Source: Candidatus Xenobia bacterium
GTDB lineage: Bacteria > Vulcanimicrobiota > Xenobia > Xenobiales > QWHO01
DNA: 64,000 bases
Direction of reading: 5' to 3'
NCBI GenBank assembly: GCA_045863235.1
Contig: BTUM01000036.1
Location: forward strand, 1-64,000
The notes beneath the pieces were generated by a model. The model was given only the letters and a program-made list of their open reading frames with translations, was not told the DNA's origin and did not search any database. A program made the translations under genes and the position numbers. Within the stretch, counting starts at the first letter, position 1, and the number at the start of each line of letters is the position of its first letter. This document shows positions 1 through 9,564 of this stretch, piece by piece.

Positions 1-510
1 ATGGACCGAAGCCCACCCCTGGCCCGAGCCCCGTGGACGGACCGAAGCCCACGCCAGGCCCCGTCGGCCCGCGCCCCGTAGACGGACCGAAGCCCACTCC
101 CGGCCCGCGCCCCGTGGATGGACCGAAGCCCACCCCTGGCCCGCGCCCCGTGGACGGACCCAAGCCCACGCCAGGCCCGAGCCCCGTGGATGGACCGAAG
201 CCGACGCCCGGGCTGATCCGTCCCGAACCCACCGATGGTCCCGTGCGTCCTGGCCGGATCGACGGTCCCAAGCCACCAGTTGGACCGGCGCGCCCCGCCC
301 CGGTGGACGGGCCCAAGCCCACCCCCGGCAAGATCGATGGTCCCAAGCCCGCACCTGGACCGACTCGCCCCGTGGACGGCCCCAGGCCCACCCCCGGCCC
401 GCAACCCGTGGATGGACCCAGGCCCGGCCAGGGTCGTGGTCCGCAGCCGCATCCCAACGATCCCACCCTTCGCCGGGTGGACGGCAGCCAACCGGCCCCG
501 ACCCCGGGCC
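1..510 (+). repeat. Coding tandem repeat, ~36-bp unit (VDGPKPTPGPRP), about 12-13 degenerate copies
   Basis: Recurring gtggacggaccgaagcccac... units with synonymous variation. Confidence 0.85.
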
Positions 511-2486
511 CGACGAAGCCTCCTACTGCCAGCGAAGTGCTGCGGCAAGTCTTCAGCTCTCCGCCGCCACGCATCTCCAACATCATGCAAGACCCCAACC
601 TCACGGTCGGGGTGCAGCGCGGGCTCGAGGCTCCGGTCAAGCCAAACACCGCTCCCGGCTTGAGTGCCTCCCAAACGGTGCAGTCGCGGGCCAATGTGTC
701 CGCAGTAGGCAAGCAGCCCACGACCACCCAGACCGACGCCGCCGCAGGTGAGGCTGCCGCCGCGGCCGCCACCAAGTCGACCAGCTATGCCCCTCCTGCT
801 CCGCCGGCTCCCGGCCAGGCCAACGTCATGTCCCAGGCTCGCAAGCAGGCTCTGCAGCAAGCCAGCAACATCCTCAAAGAGGTCACCATCGGCAAGGGAA
901 CCAGCGAGCACCCCTGGGCCCTGGCCGGCATCAGCCGGGACACCCAGGGGGCTCTGGCCGTGGCCGACGCGCTCGAACTGAGCGTGACCGGCAACGCCAA
1001 GAACACCATGAAGTTCCTGGACACGGTGACTCGCAACAACGACTCCACGCGCGGATTCTCCTACGCCCTGGCCAACGCGGCCAGCGTGGCGCCCGAGCGA
1101 GCGGTTGGCATCATGCTGCTCTTGACGGATGCTCCGGGTGGACGCGATGCGGTCAGCAAGATGTTCTCGGCCTTCGGGCAGGACCATCAGGCCTCCCAGA
1201 ACATGGCCACCGTGCTGGAAGCCTCCAGCCGCACGCCGGGAGCAGCCCGAGGCATGCTCGAGCTGATGGACGTGATGACCCAGCCCGAGGGCGACAACTG
1301 GCATCACGCCACCGGCCTGGCCGAATCGCTTGCCAAGAGCACCGAGTATGTGCACGGGTCAAGGCACGTGGCCCAAAGCCTGCTCAACACCATGGAGGTG
1401 GAAGGCGGAGCGCGTCAGTTCGGCACCCTGCTCAACCGCATGAGCCGCACGAAGGAAGGCGCTCAGGCCACCAGCCAGACGTTGCTCAACATGAGCTACG
1501 ACCGGGAAGGCGCCCAGGCCGTGGGACGGATGCTGCAGCGCGCCACCACATCGCGCAGCGGTGGAGCGGAAGTGCTCGACAGCCTCAACCGGATGGCCAA
1601 CGCCCAGGGTGGGCAGCGCGACGTGGCTCGCCTGCTCAATCGCCTGGCCCAGACCCCGGAGGGCGGGCGCTTCATGTCCAACCTGTTCAAGGACGAGATT
1701 CACTCGGGCGGCCTGATCGACCTGATGAACCGACTGAGCGCCCGGGAAGACTCACGCCACTTCCTCAATCAGGCCCTGGACTCGATCTTCAGCAGCCGGC
1801 GCACCATCGCCGATGCCGAGGTCATTCGTGGCCGGGCAGCCACGGACACCGATCTGAAGGCAGCCCTGGATCGCGCGATGACGAGCCCGAGCAGCATGCG
1901 CCAGATGCCCGACCCGACCGAGTACCAGGGGGCCATGACGGCTGAGACCAGCCTGCTGCGGGCCACTCAGGACCGGATCGACCTGATCGGGGACAGCGGG
2001 CCGGGCCTGGTGGACGTGACCGGCGGTGCCGAAAAACCCGAAGGAAAGGCGCCCACTGCGCCGCTGACCGGGGCTCCCAAGACCGCTGCTCCCGAAGCGA
2101 CTGCGGCGCCCGCCGAGCCGACTCGGGAGAGCACTCCCGTCAAGCCGGAGGAAATGCACTTCGAGGAAGAGCCAACCACTCGCAAGGCCCGCCAGGACGC
2201 CATGGAGCGGCTGGGCAACGTGCGCGAGCAGGTCTTCACCGAGAATGTGCGCCAGATTCAAGAATTGCGCGCCGCCCGCGAAACGACCGAGACCGCTCAG
2301 ACGACCCAGGGTCGCGAGGCCCATCGCTCTGAGCAGGCTCAGCAAACCGACAGGGAAGACCGCAGCTACACCTTCCGTCCGGGCGATGTCTACTCCGAGG
2401 ACACGCTCAAGATGCTGCGCATCTGCGCCGAGTGCGGCTTCCGCACCACGTCGGCCGGCCTCTGCCCGCGCTGCGCGTCTCGCTGA
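3..2486 (+). CDS. Large hypothetical protein, 5'-partial: Pro-rich DGPKP repeats, ~17-aa helical repeats, C-terminal CxxC..CxxC zinc ribbon
   Basis: Frame is open from the window start; VDGPKPTPGPRP repeats; C-terminus CAECGFRTTSAGLCPRC. Confidence 0.8.
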   Translation, partial: GPKPTPGPSPVDGPKPTPGPVGPRPVDGPKPTPGPRPVDGPKPTPGPRPVDGPKPTPGPSPVDGPKPTPGLIRPEPTDGPVRPGRIDGPKPPVGPARPAPVDGPKPTPGKIDGPKPAPGPTRPVDGPRPTPGPQPVDGPRPGQGRGPQPHPNDPTLRRVDGSQPAPTPGPTKPPTASEVLRQVFSSPPPRISNIMQDPNLTVGVQRGLEAPVKPNTAPGLSASQTVQSRANVSAVGKQPTTTQTDAAAGEAAAAAATKSTSYAPPAPPAPGQANVMSQARKQALQQASNILKEVTIGKGTSEHPWALAGISRDTQGALAVADALELSVTGNAKNTMKFLDTVTRNNDSTRGFSYALANAASVAPERAVGIMLLLTDAPGGRDAVSKMFSAFGQDHQASQNMATVLEASSRTPGAARGMLELMDVMTQPEGDNWHHATGLAESLAKSTEYVHGSRHVAQSLLNTMEVEGGARQFGTLLNRMSRTKEGAQATSQTLLNMSYDREGAQAVGRMLQRATTSRSGGAEVLDSLNRMANAQGGQRDVARLLNRLAQTPEGGRFMSNLFKDEIHSGGLIDLMNRLSAREDSRHFLNQALDSIFSSRRTIADAEVIRGRAATDTDLKAALDRAMTSPSSMRQMPDPTEYQGAMTAETSLLRATQDRIDLIGDSGPGLVDVTGGAEKPEGKAPTAPLTGAPKTAAPEATAAPAEPTRESTPVKPEEMHFEEEPTTRKARQDAMERLGNVREQVFTENVRQIQELRAARETTETAQTTQGREAHRSEQAQQTDREDRSYTFRPGDVYSEDTLKMLRICAECGFRTTSAGLCPRCASR

Positions 2487-2917
2487 GTTCTTTCGGGATG
2501 GTTCTTGAGCCTGGAAGCCCAGGATCCTGAGCTTGTCGTCCAGTCCCTGAGTGATCAAATCATGCTGCCGACCCAACGAGCTCAGCGGTTCTTCTCCGAG
2601 GCGGGAACCACCAGGCGCCAAAGGCCCTCTGTCTCCGTGAGTACAGGTTCTCAGGCGTCGGCCTACCAGAGCGCAATGGCCAGCGGCCAGCGGCTCCTGG
2701 TACGCGAAATCGCTGAACTGGAAAACATGCGCGTACCTGCCCGGAGATCGCCTCGCGGAGCTCGCGACCGGTTTCCCAGGCCCGGTAACGGGCGGCGGCC
2801 TCGGAGGATGCACGGTCAACCCCGTCGAACCTCCGGCCGTTCGATTCGTAGACCACTTGAAGGTGGGCCTACCCCGCCGCTGGAGATCTACACCCTTCCG
2901 CGCTTTGGAGGGAAGAC

Positions 2918-3670
2918 GTGGGGTTTCTTAGACCGTTCATCTTGATGGGCGCACTGGCCATGCTGGCCCTCGCTGACCAGAAGCATTTCCAGTTCCAATC
3001 CAGCGAACCGTTCGACGTGATGTGGGTGCCCTACAGAGCGGGGCCGCGGAAGCTGAGTGTTTACTGGAACGCTCCGGAATACACCGACACTTCATCGGAC
3101 AGCGGCCCCCTGGCCGAGCCACACTTTGGGATTTCGGGCTTCGCCCGCATCGCCGCAGGGACGCTCACGCTCAAGCCTCCCGGAACTCTGACGGTCACCT
3201 GGACGGCCAAACAGGCGGCCGGAATGGACGAGAGTGAGTTCCGCGTCTACCGCGACACGACAGAGGGCCACTGGGAGCTGGTGGGCGGCACGCCCGATGT
3301 CAAGAGGCGCAGGATCACCGTGCCGATCAGCAAGTTGGGAACCTTTACCCTGGCCCCGCCGCTCCCGACCGGCGATATTCCACTCCAGAGAACCAGCGCC
3401 GGGGTGACGTCCAGCGCTCTGCAATTGAGCGACGGCCGTCCGGTCCCCGATGGGACGCCTTTCGTGGCCGTCACGTTCAACGCCACCCCCTACGGGGTCG
3501 AGGAAACCAGAGGGCTTATCCTGACGCCCGACGAGAACCCTGCGCTTCCCGGAATCCAGGTCGGGTCGCGAGGTGGCAAGCTGGACATCAAACTGCGTCC
3601 CGACGCCAAAGGAAGACTCGTGGTCTACTCCCTCTACGGGACCGCTTACCAAAAAGTCAACATCGATTGA
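2918..3670 (+). CDS. Hypothetical exported beta-rich protein
   Basis: SD GGAGGG before GTG; hydrophobic N-terminus (FILMGALAMLALA). Confidence 0.65.
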   Translation: MGFLRPFILMGALAMLALADQKHFQFQSSEPFDVMWVPYRAGPRKLSVYWNAPEYTDTSSDSGPLAEPHFGISGFARIAAGTLTLKPPGTLTVTWTAKQAAGMDESEFRVYRDTTEGHWELVGGTPDVKRRRITVPISKLGTFTLAPPLPTGDIPLQRTSAGVTSSALQLSDGRPVPDGTPFVAVTFNATPYGVEETRGLILTPDENPALPGIQVGSRGGKLDIKLRPDAKGRLVVYSLYGTAYQKVNID

Positions 3671-3824
3671 GTTTGTCAGGTCCGTCCGGGTAAGCTGCCC
3701 GCTTGTCGGGGACGACGAAGCAAGGGCGAGATCAACGCCCACCAGTCCGACGATCGCGCACTCCTCGACGAACACGCCCTTTTCGCGGACTGCGAGAGCA
3801 ACGCATCCGAGCTCGGTCCAAGGA

Positions 3825-5285
3825 TTACTCGGGCAGCCCCAGGTCTGTTGAGGCCAGCTCCCCCCAAAATTCTCCCAGCGCCTCCACCAGCGCTGGCTCG
3901 AACCAGCGCCCCGACTGGCGCTCGATCTGCTGACGCACGCTCACCAGGTCGAACCCCGGGCGCAGATGACCCGGCTCGAGCAACCGATCCACCCCGTCGG
4001 CGAGAGCCAGAATGCGCGACCCGGCCGGGATGGCCTCCCCCTCCAGCCGCTCTGGATACCCCTTGCCGTCCCAGCGCTCGAACAGGTGGCGCAGGGTGAC
4101 CAGCGCATCGCGCACCTCGGGACGGCCTTCCGAGTAGGCCTCCATCAGTTGACGCTCGCTGCCCACCAGCGAGCCGGCTCGCTGTAGCAGCGGCTGAGCC
4201 ACGCCGATGCGGCTCAGCTCGAGCAAGATCAGGCTGAAGCTGAAGGCCCGATCGTCCACCAGCTCGGGATGGCAACGTCCGACCAGAAAGGAGGCGATGC
4301 GGTTGACCCGCGAGCGCCGGGCCATCTCCTCCAGGCTATCGGGACGACACAGGGCCAGCAGATGGCCCACGGTCTGGAGATAGGTGGCCTCCATGGCCCG
4401 GGCCGTCTCCTCCAGGTGCCAGACCCTGGCTCGCTCGGCCTCAAAGGTGTCGTAGAGCTGACGCGTGTAGGCCAGAAGCTCGCGCTCGCCCATCACCGGC
4501 GGGGGCTCAGGGGGAGTTTGCTGACGAGGAGTCCGGGCGGGGCGGTGGGGCAGCTCGATGCGCACCCGGGTCCCCTGGCCGGGATGACTGTCCAGCTCGA
4601 TCTGGCCGCCGTGCGAGAGCACCACCAGGCGGGCCAGGGCCAGGCCCAGACCCAGCCCTTCGTGGGCTCGGCAGCGCGACACGCCGACCTGGTAGAAGGG
4701 CGAGAAGACGCGCTCGAGCTCCTCCTCGGGAATGCCCACTCCCGAGTCCTCGATCTCGAGCAAGCTCCGGCTGTCCCCCTGCTCCAGGCGCACCTCCACC
4801 CAGCCGTCCGGGTGGTTATAAACGATGGAGTTCTTGATCAGGTGAATCAGGGCTTCGCGCATGTGCTCGCGCTCGACGGCGATGGGCTGGCCTTGCTCGG
4901 GCAGCCGGGTGCGCAGTTCGACCTGGTGCTGGCGCGCCAGTGAGCTCAACTCCGAGACGGCCTCGAGCACCAGCTCGCCCGGCGCCACCTCCTCGGTCGG
5001 CTCGCCCGAGCCCGTGCGCACCTGAGAGAAATCCAGCAGCTGCTGCACCAGCCGCTCCAGGCGCTGGGTGGCCTGACCCAGGGCCACGGTGCAGTCGGCC
5101 AGGGCGGCGGCCGCCTCGGGGCGACCCAGCGAGCGCTGCAGGAGGTGCACGTAGCCCTTGATCAGAGCCAGCGGGGTGCGCAACTCGTGGCCTACGATGT
5201 CCAGGAACATCCCCTGCATCGACTCCAGCTCCTTGAGGCGCCGGTTGGTGGCCTGCAGAGCCTCGCTCTTGTGGAACTCCTTCAT
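3825..5285 (-). CDS. Histidine kinase (HisKA+HATPase) fused to a degenerate HD-GYP domain
   Basis: HELRTPL, DSGVGI, GLGLGL; C-terminal HLFERWDGKGYP...SRILALAD. Confidence 0.85.
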   Translation of the reverse strand: MKEFHKSEALQATNRRLKELESMQGMFLDIVGHELRTPLALIKGYVHLLQRSLGRPEAAAALADCTVALGQATQRLERLVQQLLDFSQVRTGSGEPTEEVAPGELVLEAVSELSSLARQHQVELRTRLPEQGQPIAVEREHMREALIHLIKNSIVYNHPDGWVEVRLEQGDSRSLLEIEDSGVGIPEEELERVFSPFYQVGVSRCRAHEGLGLGLALARLVVLSHGGQIELDSHPGQGTRVRIELPHRPARTPRQQTPPEPPPVMGERELLAYTRQLYDTFEAERARVWHLEETARAMEATYLQTVGHLLALCRPDSLEEMARRSRVNRIASFLVGRCHPELVDDRAFSFSLILLELSRIGVAQPLLQRAGSLVGSERQLMEAYSEGRPEVRDALVTLRHLFERWDGKGYPERLEGEAIPAGSRILALADGVDRLLEPGHLRPGFDLVSVRQQIERQSGRWFEPALVEALGEFWGELASTDLGLPE

Positions 5286-6160
5286 CCCTTGACGGCCCCG
5301 GCGGTGAGACCGGCCACGATGCGCTTCTGGGCGGCCAGCACCAGCACGATCAGGGGCAGGGTCACGATCACCGTGGCGGCCGCGATCTGGCCCCAGGGGC
5401 TCTCATACTGGCCGGAGAACAGGGCGATGCCCACCGGCACCGTGCGCATCTCCTCGGTGGTGGTGAAGAAGAGGGCAAAGAGGAACTCGTTCCAGGCGCA
5501 GATGAACGTCAGGATGCCAGTGGTGAACATTCCTGGTGCCACCAGCGGCAAGAACACCTTCCAGAAGGTGGTGAAGTAGCCGGCGCCGTCCACGCGCGCC
5601 GACTCGAGCAACTCGGAGGGCACCTGACGGAAGAAGGCGGTCAGATTCCACAGGGCCAGGGGCAGGGCGAAGGTGGTGTAAGGCAGGATCAGGCCCAGGT
5701 AGGTATCCACCAGACGGAACTGGCTCAGGAACAAGAACAGCGATGGGGCGATAGCCACCGGCGGAAACATGGAGACGGACAGGACCAGGGCCAGCACCAG
5801 GTTCTTGCCTCGGAAGCGCAGCTTGGCCAGAGCGAAGGCGGCCATGGCTCCCACCAGCAGACAGAACAAGGTGGTGGCGCCGGAGACGATGGTGCTGTTG
5901 AGCAGGTAGCGTCCGAAGGGCTGCTTGAGAAAGACGTTGGTGTAGTTGGTCAAGAACTGGGGGGCCCGAATCGTGCCTCCTTGAGCGTCGATAGGCACGT
6001 CACCGGTCTCCAGCCCCTGGACCGGAATCCAGACCGGGGGCATGGCCCAGATCTCGTCGCTGGTCTTGGCCGAGGTCACGATCTGCCAGTAGAACGGGAA
6101 GGCCACAATCACCAGAAAGAAGCCCAGCCCAAGATAGAATGGCAAACGGCGCATGCTCAA
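5282..6160 (-). CDS. Carbohydrate ABC transporter permease (MalG-like)
   Basis: EAA loop ELLESARVDGA, AWNEFLFAL, multiple TM segments. Confidence 0.9.
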   Translation of the reverse strand: MSMRRLPFYLGLGFFLVIVAFPFYWQIVTSAKTSDEIWAMPPVWIPVQGLETGDVPIDAQGGTIRAPQFLTNYTNVFLKQPFGRYLLNSTIVSGATTLFCLLVGAMAAFALAKLRFRGKNLVLALVLSVSMFPPVAIAPSLFLFLSQFRLVDTYLGLILPYTTFALPLALWNLTAFFRQVPSELLESARVDGAGYFTTFWKVFLPLVAPGMFTTGILTFICAWNEFLFALFFTTTEEMRTVPVGIALFSGQYESPWGQIAAATVIVTLPLIVLVLAAQKRIVAGLTAGAVKG

Positions 6161-7044
6161 CGCTCCTCGGCGTTGGGGTCGGCCCCCAGCAACTTGATGA
6201 ACATGTAGCTGATGGCCACGATGCAGCCGAACATGATCACGGCATAGGCCGAGCCCTGCCCGTAGTCATTGAACTTGAAGGTTACATCGGCGGTCAGCAC
6301 CGAGAGGGTCTCGGTTCCGAAGGCCCCGGACGTGAGCACGTAGACCAGGTCGAAGATGCGGAAGGCGTCGAGCGTACGGAAGAGCACCGCCACCGTCATC
6401 ACAGGGGTCAACAAGGGCAGGGTGATGTGGCGGAACTGCTGCCAGGCGGTGGCTCCGTCCACGTCGGCCGCTTCATAGAGGGAGGTGTCGATCATCTGCA
6501 ACCCGGCCAGCAGCATCAGGGCCATGAAGGGCGTGGTCTTCCAGACGTCGGCTACCACGATGGCGGCCCGGGCCGTGTCGATGGAAGCAAGCCATGGAAA
6601 GGGCTGGGTGAGCACTCCCAGGCGCAGGCAAAGGTCGTTGAGCACGCCCACCTTGTCGTTGTAGATCCAGCGCCACATCTGGGCCGAAACCACGGTGGGC
6701 ACGGCCCAGGGGATCAGGATGGCGGCCCGGGCCAGTCCTCGGCCGGTGAAGGCGCGGTTGAGCATCAAGGCCAGCAACAGGCCCAGGCTGGTTTCCAGGA
6801 AGACCGACATGAAGGTGAAGCCGAACGTGTTGCCCAGCGCGGCCCAGAAGCGCGAGTCTCGCAGAATGTAGAGATAGTTGTCCAGGCCGACGAAGGGCTG
6901 GCCCAACTGGGGCACGGCCAGGTCCTTGAGGAAGAAGCTGAGATAGAACGAGCGCAGGATCGGCAAAAGAGCCATGGTCAGGATGATGACCAGGGAGGGG
7001 AGCAGGAAGAACCAGGCGATCCGAGCTTCGGTGCGGCCCTGCAT
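6157..7044 (-). CDS. Carbohydrate ABC transporter permease (MalF-like)
   Basis: FVGLDNY, DVWKTTPF, LYEAADVDGA. Confidence 0.9.
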   Translation of the reverse strand: MQGRTEARIAWFFLLPSLVIILTMALLPILRSFYLSFFLKDLAVPQLGQPFVGLDNYLYILRDSRFWAALGNTFGFTFMSVFLETSLGLLLALMLNRAFTGRGLARAAILIPWAVPTVVSAQMWRWIYNDKVGVLNDLCLRLGVLTQPFPWLASIDTARAAIVVADVWKTTPFMALMLLAGLQMIDTSLYEAADVDGATAWQQFRHITLPLLTPVMTVAVLFRTLDAFRIFDLVYVLTSGAFGTETLSVLTADVTFKFNDYGQGSAYAVIMFGCIVAISYMFIKLLGADPNAEER

Positions 7045-7076
7045 GGACCGCTCTTTGACGGCGCGGCTGGGGCTTC

Positions 7077-7922
7077 CTACCCTTGGGGCGAGACCAGGAT
7101 GCCGGTTTCGGCCTGCAGAGCCAGGCCCGTAAAGACATCGAGCAGATCGAGCTGCTCGCGAAAAACTTCGTCAGCCGGGTAGGTGGTCATCTCCAGAGAT
7201 CCATCTGCGGTCGCGTCTTGCGGGTCCCACACGGGAAGGCGCGCCAGCGACATTTGAAAGCCGATCACGTCGCCGGTGACCGATTCGCCGCTCACGCTGC
7301 GGCCCTGGCGGGTGAGCTTGCGGAAGGTGGTGGGGACGGGATCCTCATAGGTGGCTTTGACGATCAACCCGTGCTGGCTCAGGAAGATCTGGTAGCCCTC
7401 GTTCATGGTGATCAGATTGGGGGGGCCCTCCCCCGACCAGGGGTAGTAGAGCAGCCGGTCGCCACCGTCGGGAAAGTACTCCCGCAGCGGTCCGTCCGGC
7501 CGCAGCACCTGGGCCACGGGCCAGCGCCGCCCCCGCAGGGCCCTCTCGACGTTCTCCAGGTCCAGTCGCAGGACTCGGTTCTCCTCGACGGTCAGCGGCG
7601 TGCCGTCCAGGGGCAGGTCGTTGAGGGGCGAGTCGGGCGCCACCTCGGCCACGGCCCGCAGGAAAGGCTCGAGGTAATCCACCTCGCCGCGGCACCCCTC
7701 GACCTCCTGGAAGACGTTCAAAGGACAGGGCTCGCAGAAGACCAGGATGGCCGGGTCCTTGACGAAGATCCAGTTCTGGCGAAGACGGTCCCATTCGAAG
7801 CGGGGCTTGCCGTCGTGGTAGAACTCGTAGATCTGCTCTTGCGGAGGGCGGCAAGGGCGAAAGGGAACGTTGAAGATGTCCAGTTCGAGACGGTGGCGGT
7901 TCCCCGAGGTTGAGGGCAGCAT
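7077..7922 (-). CDS. Hypothetical protein with CxxC (FCEPCPLN...GC)
   Basis: 281-aa ORF of normal composition, co-oriented with the permeases. Confidence 0.65.
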   Translation of the reverse strand: MLPSTSGNRHRLELDIFNVPFRPCRPPQEQIYEFYHDGKPRFEWDRLRQNWIFVKDPAILVFCEPCPLNVFQEVEGCRGEVDYLEPFLRAVAEVAPDSPLNDLPLDGTPLTVEENRVLRLDLENVERALRGRRWPVAQVLRPDGPLREYFPDGGDRLLYYPWSGEGPPNLITMNEGYQIFLSQHGLIVKATYEDPVPTTFRKLTRQGRSVSGESVTGDVIGFQMSLARLPVWDPQDATADGSLEMTTYPADEVFREQLDLLDVFTGLALQAETGILVSPQG

Positions 7923-7976
7923 GTCCGGGGGCCTTCTCCGAGGTTTCCGCCTCCCCCTCGCGAACCAAACGCGACC

Positions 7977-8699
7977 ATGGCACGAGTTTTTGCCATCGCC
8001 GATCTACACCTGTCGTTATGCGGGGATAAGCCCATGGATCGCTTTGGAAGCGTCTGGGAGCGGCATCCCGAGCGCATCGAGGCCAACTGGCGCTCGCTCA
8101 TTCAGCCCGACGACCTGGTCTTGCTGCCCGGCGACCTGAGCTGGGGAATGCGCCTGGAAGACGCCCAGATCGACCTCGACTTCATCTCCGCCCTGCCGGG
8201 CTGCAAGGTGCTGCTGCGGGGCAACCACGATTACTGGTGGCAGAGCCTGAGCAAGCTGCGCAAGGCCTTCCCCGACCTTCACTTCCTGCAAAACGACGCT
8301 TTTATCTACCAGGACGTGGGCGTCTGCGGCACCCGCGGATGGGATCTGCGCCCTGCCAAAGGGTTCCAGGATCCCCACGACGAGACCATCTTCAAGCGCG
8401 AGGTGGAGCGGCTCAAGCTGAGCATCCAGGCCATGGGCCAGAAGGTGCGTCACCGGCTGGCCATGCTTCACTACCCTCCCCTTCTCCCCCATCACAAGGA
8501 TACCGAGTTCGCCCGACTGCTGACCGATTCGGGCATCCAGACCTGCGTTTACGGCCACCTGCACCTGGCCAACATCGACGATGAGACCTCGGGCCCTCCG
8601 CCCAAACCGTTCGAGGGAGAGTACCGCGGGGTTGACTATCGCATCGTAGCCTGCGACCGGCTGAACATGGTTCCCCTGCTCTTGCGCGACGAAGTGTAG
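7977..8699 (+). CDS. Metallophosphoesterase (calcineurin-like)
   Basis: ADLH, PGD, GNHDYWW, HYPP, YGHLH motifs. Confidence 0.9.
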   Translation: MARVFAIADLHLSLCGDKPMDRFGSVWERHPERIEANWRSLIQPDDLVLLPGDLSWGMRLEDAQIDLDFISALPGCKVLLRGNHDYWWQSLSKLRKAFPDLHFLQNDAFIYQDVGVCGTRGWDLRPAKGFQDPHDETIFKREVERLKLSIQAMGQKVRHRLAMLHYPPLLPHHKDTEFARLLTDSGIQTCVYGHLHLANIDDETSGPPPKPFEGEYRGVDYRIVACDRLNMVPLLLRDEV

Positions 8700-8781
8700 A
8701 GACTCCGGGCTCCGGGCGGAGCCAGGATGTCCAGCCCGGGCGCACGAACCTCGCTGACATGAACCTGGAGAGAGCGCCCCG

Positions 8782-9564
8782 CTGAGCCGTCTGCGGCGGG
8801 TCAGCCTGCTGCGGCTGAAGAACGGCCGGCTGGGGCGGGGCTCGGACCGACTGGCGGGGGAAGAGCCGCTCGAGATCCGGGTCGATCGCCATCCCCTGGC
8901 CGTCACCATGCGCACTCCGGGAGAAGACTTCGAGCTGGCCGCCGGGTTTCTCTACAGCGAGGGCGTGCTCTCTCAACCCGACCAGGTGCGCCGCATGGTA
9001 GGCGGCCCCAACGTGGTGGACGTGCGCCTGCGCCGTCCCATCGACCTGAGCCGCTTCAGCCGTCACGTCTACACCACCTCGAGCTGCGGCGTGTGCGGCA
9101 AAGCCTCTCTGGAGCTGGTGCAAGCCGTTTGCCCCCGCTCGCCGGTCGGAGCCTTCGAGCTGGAACCCGAGCTGATCACCCGACTGCCCGACCGTCTGCG
9201 CCCCGCCCAGGAGCTCTTCGCCATCACGGGTGGACTGCACGGCTGCGGCCTTTTCTCGACCCGAGGCGAGCTCTTGCGGGCCCGCGAGGATGTGGGACGG
9301 CACAACGCCCTGGACAAGCTGATCGGCTCCTTCTGGCTCGAGAAAAAGGTGCCGCTGGACGACACGCTGCTCCTTCTGAGCGGACGGGCCAGCTTCGAGC
9401 TGGTGCAGAAGGCGGTCCTGGCCGGCATCGCGATGGTGGTGGCCGTAGGTGCCCCCAGCAGCCTGGCGGTGGAGCTGGCCGCCGCCCACGGGGTCACCCT
9501 GGTGGGTTTTGCCGCACGCGAGCGCCTGAACGTTTACAGCGGATTCGAGCGCATCCGGAAGTGA
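8782..9564 (+). CDS. fdhD: Formate dehydrogenase accessory sulfurtransferase FdhD (start uncertain, probably CTG)
   Basis: EEPLEIRV upstream of ATG 8908, MRTPG, SSCGVCG, TGGLH, EDVGRHNALDKLIG. Confidence 0.9.
   Translation: MSRLRRVSLLRLKNGRLGRGSDRLAGEEPLEIRVDRHPLAVTMRTPGEDFELAAGFLYSEGVLSQPDQVRRMVGGPNVVDVRLRRPIDLSRFSRHVYTTSSCGVCGKASLELVQAVCPRSPVGAFELEPELITRLPDRLRPAQELFAITGGLHGCGLFSTRGELLRAREDVGRHNALDKLIGSFWLEKKVPLDDTLLLLSGRASFELVQKAVLAGIAMVVAVGAPSSLAVELAAAHGVTLVGFAARERLNVYSGFERIRK

Noticed and set aside
1..510. CRISPR array
   Set aside because: Repeats are in-frame coding units with synonymous variation and no unique spacers
2505..2945. Gene in the gap after the first CDS (ORFs 2505-2945 + or 2560-2856 -)
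   Set aside because: No SD, no recognisable motif, Arg/Pro-rich composition; cannot be supported
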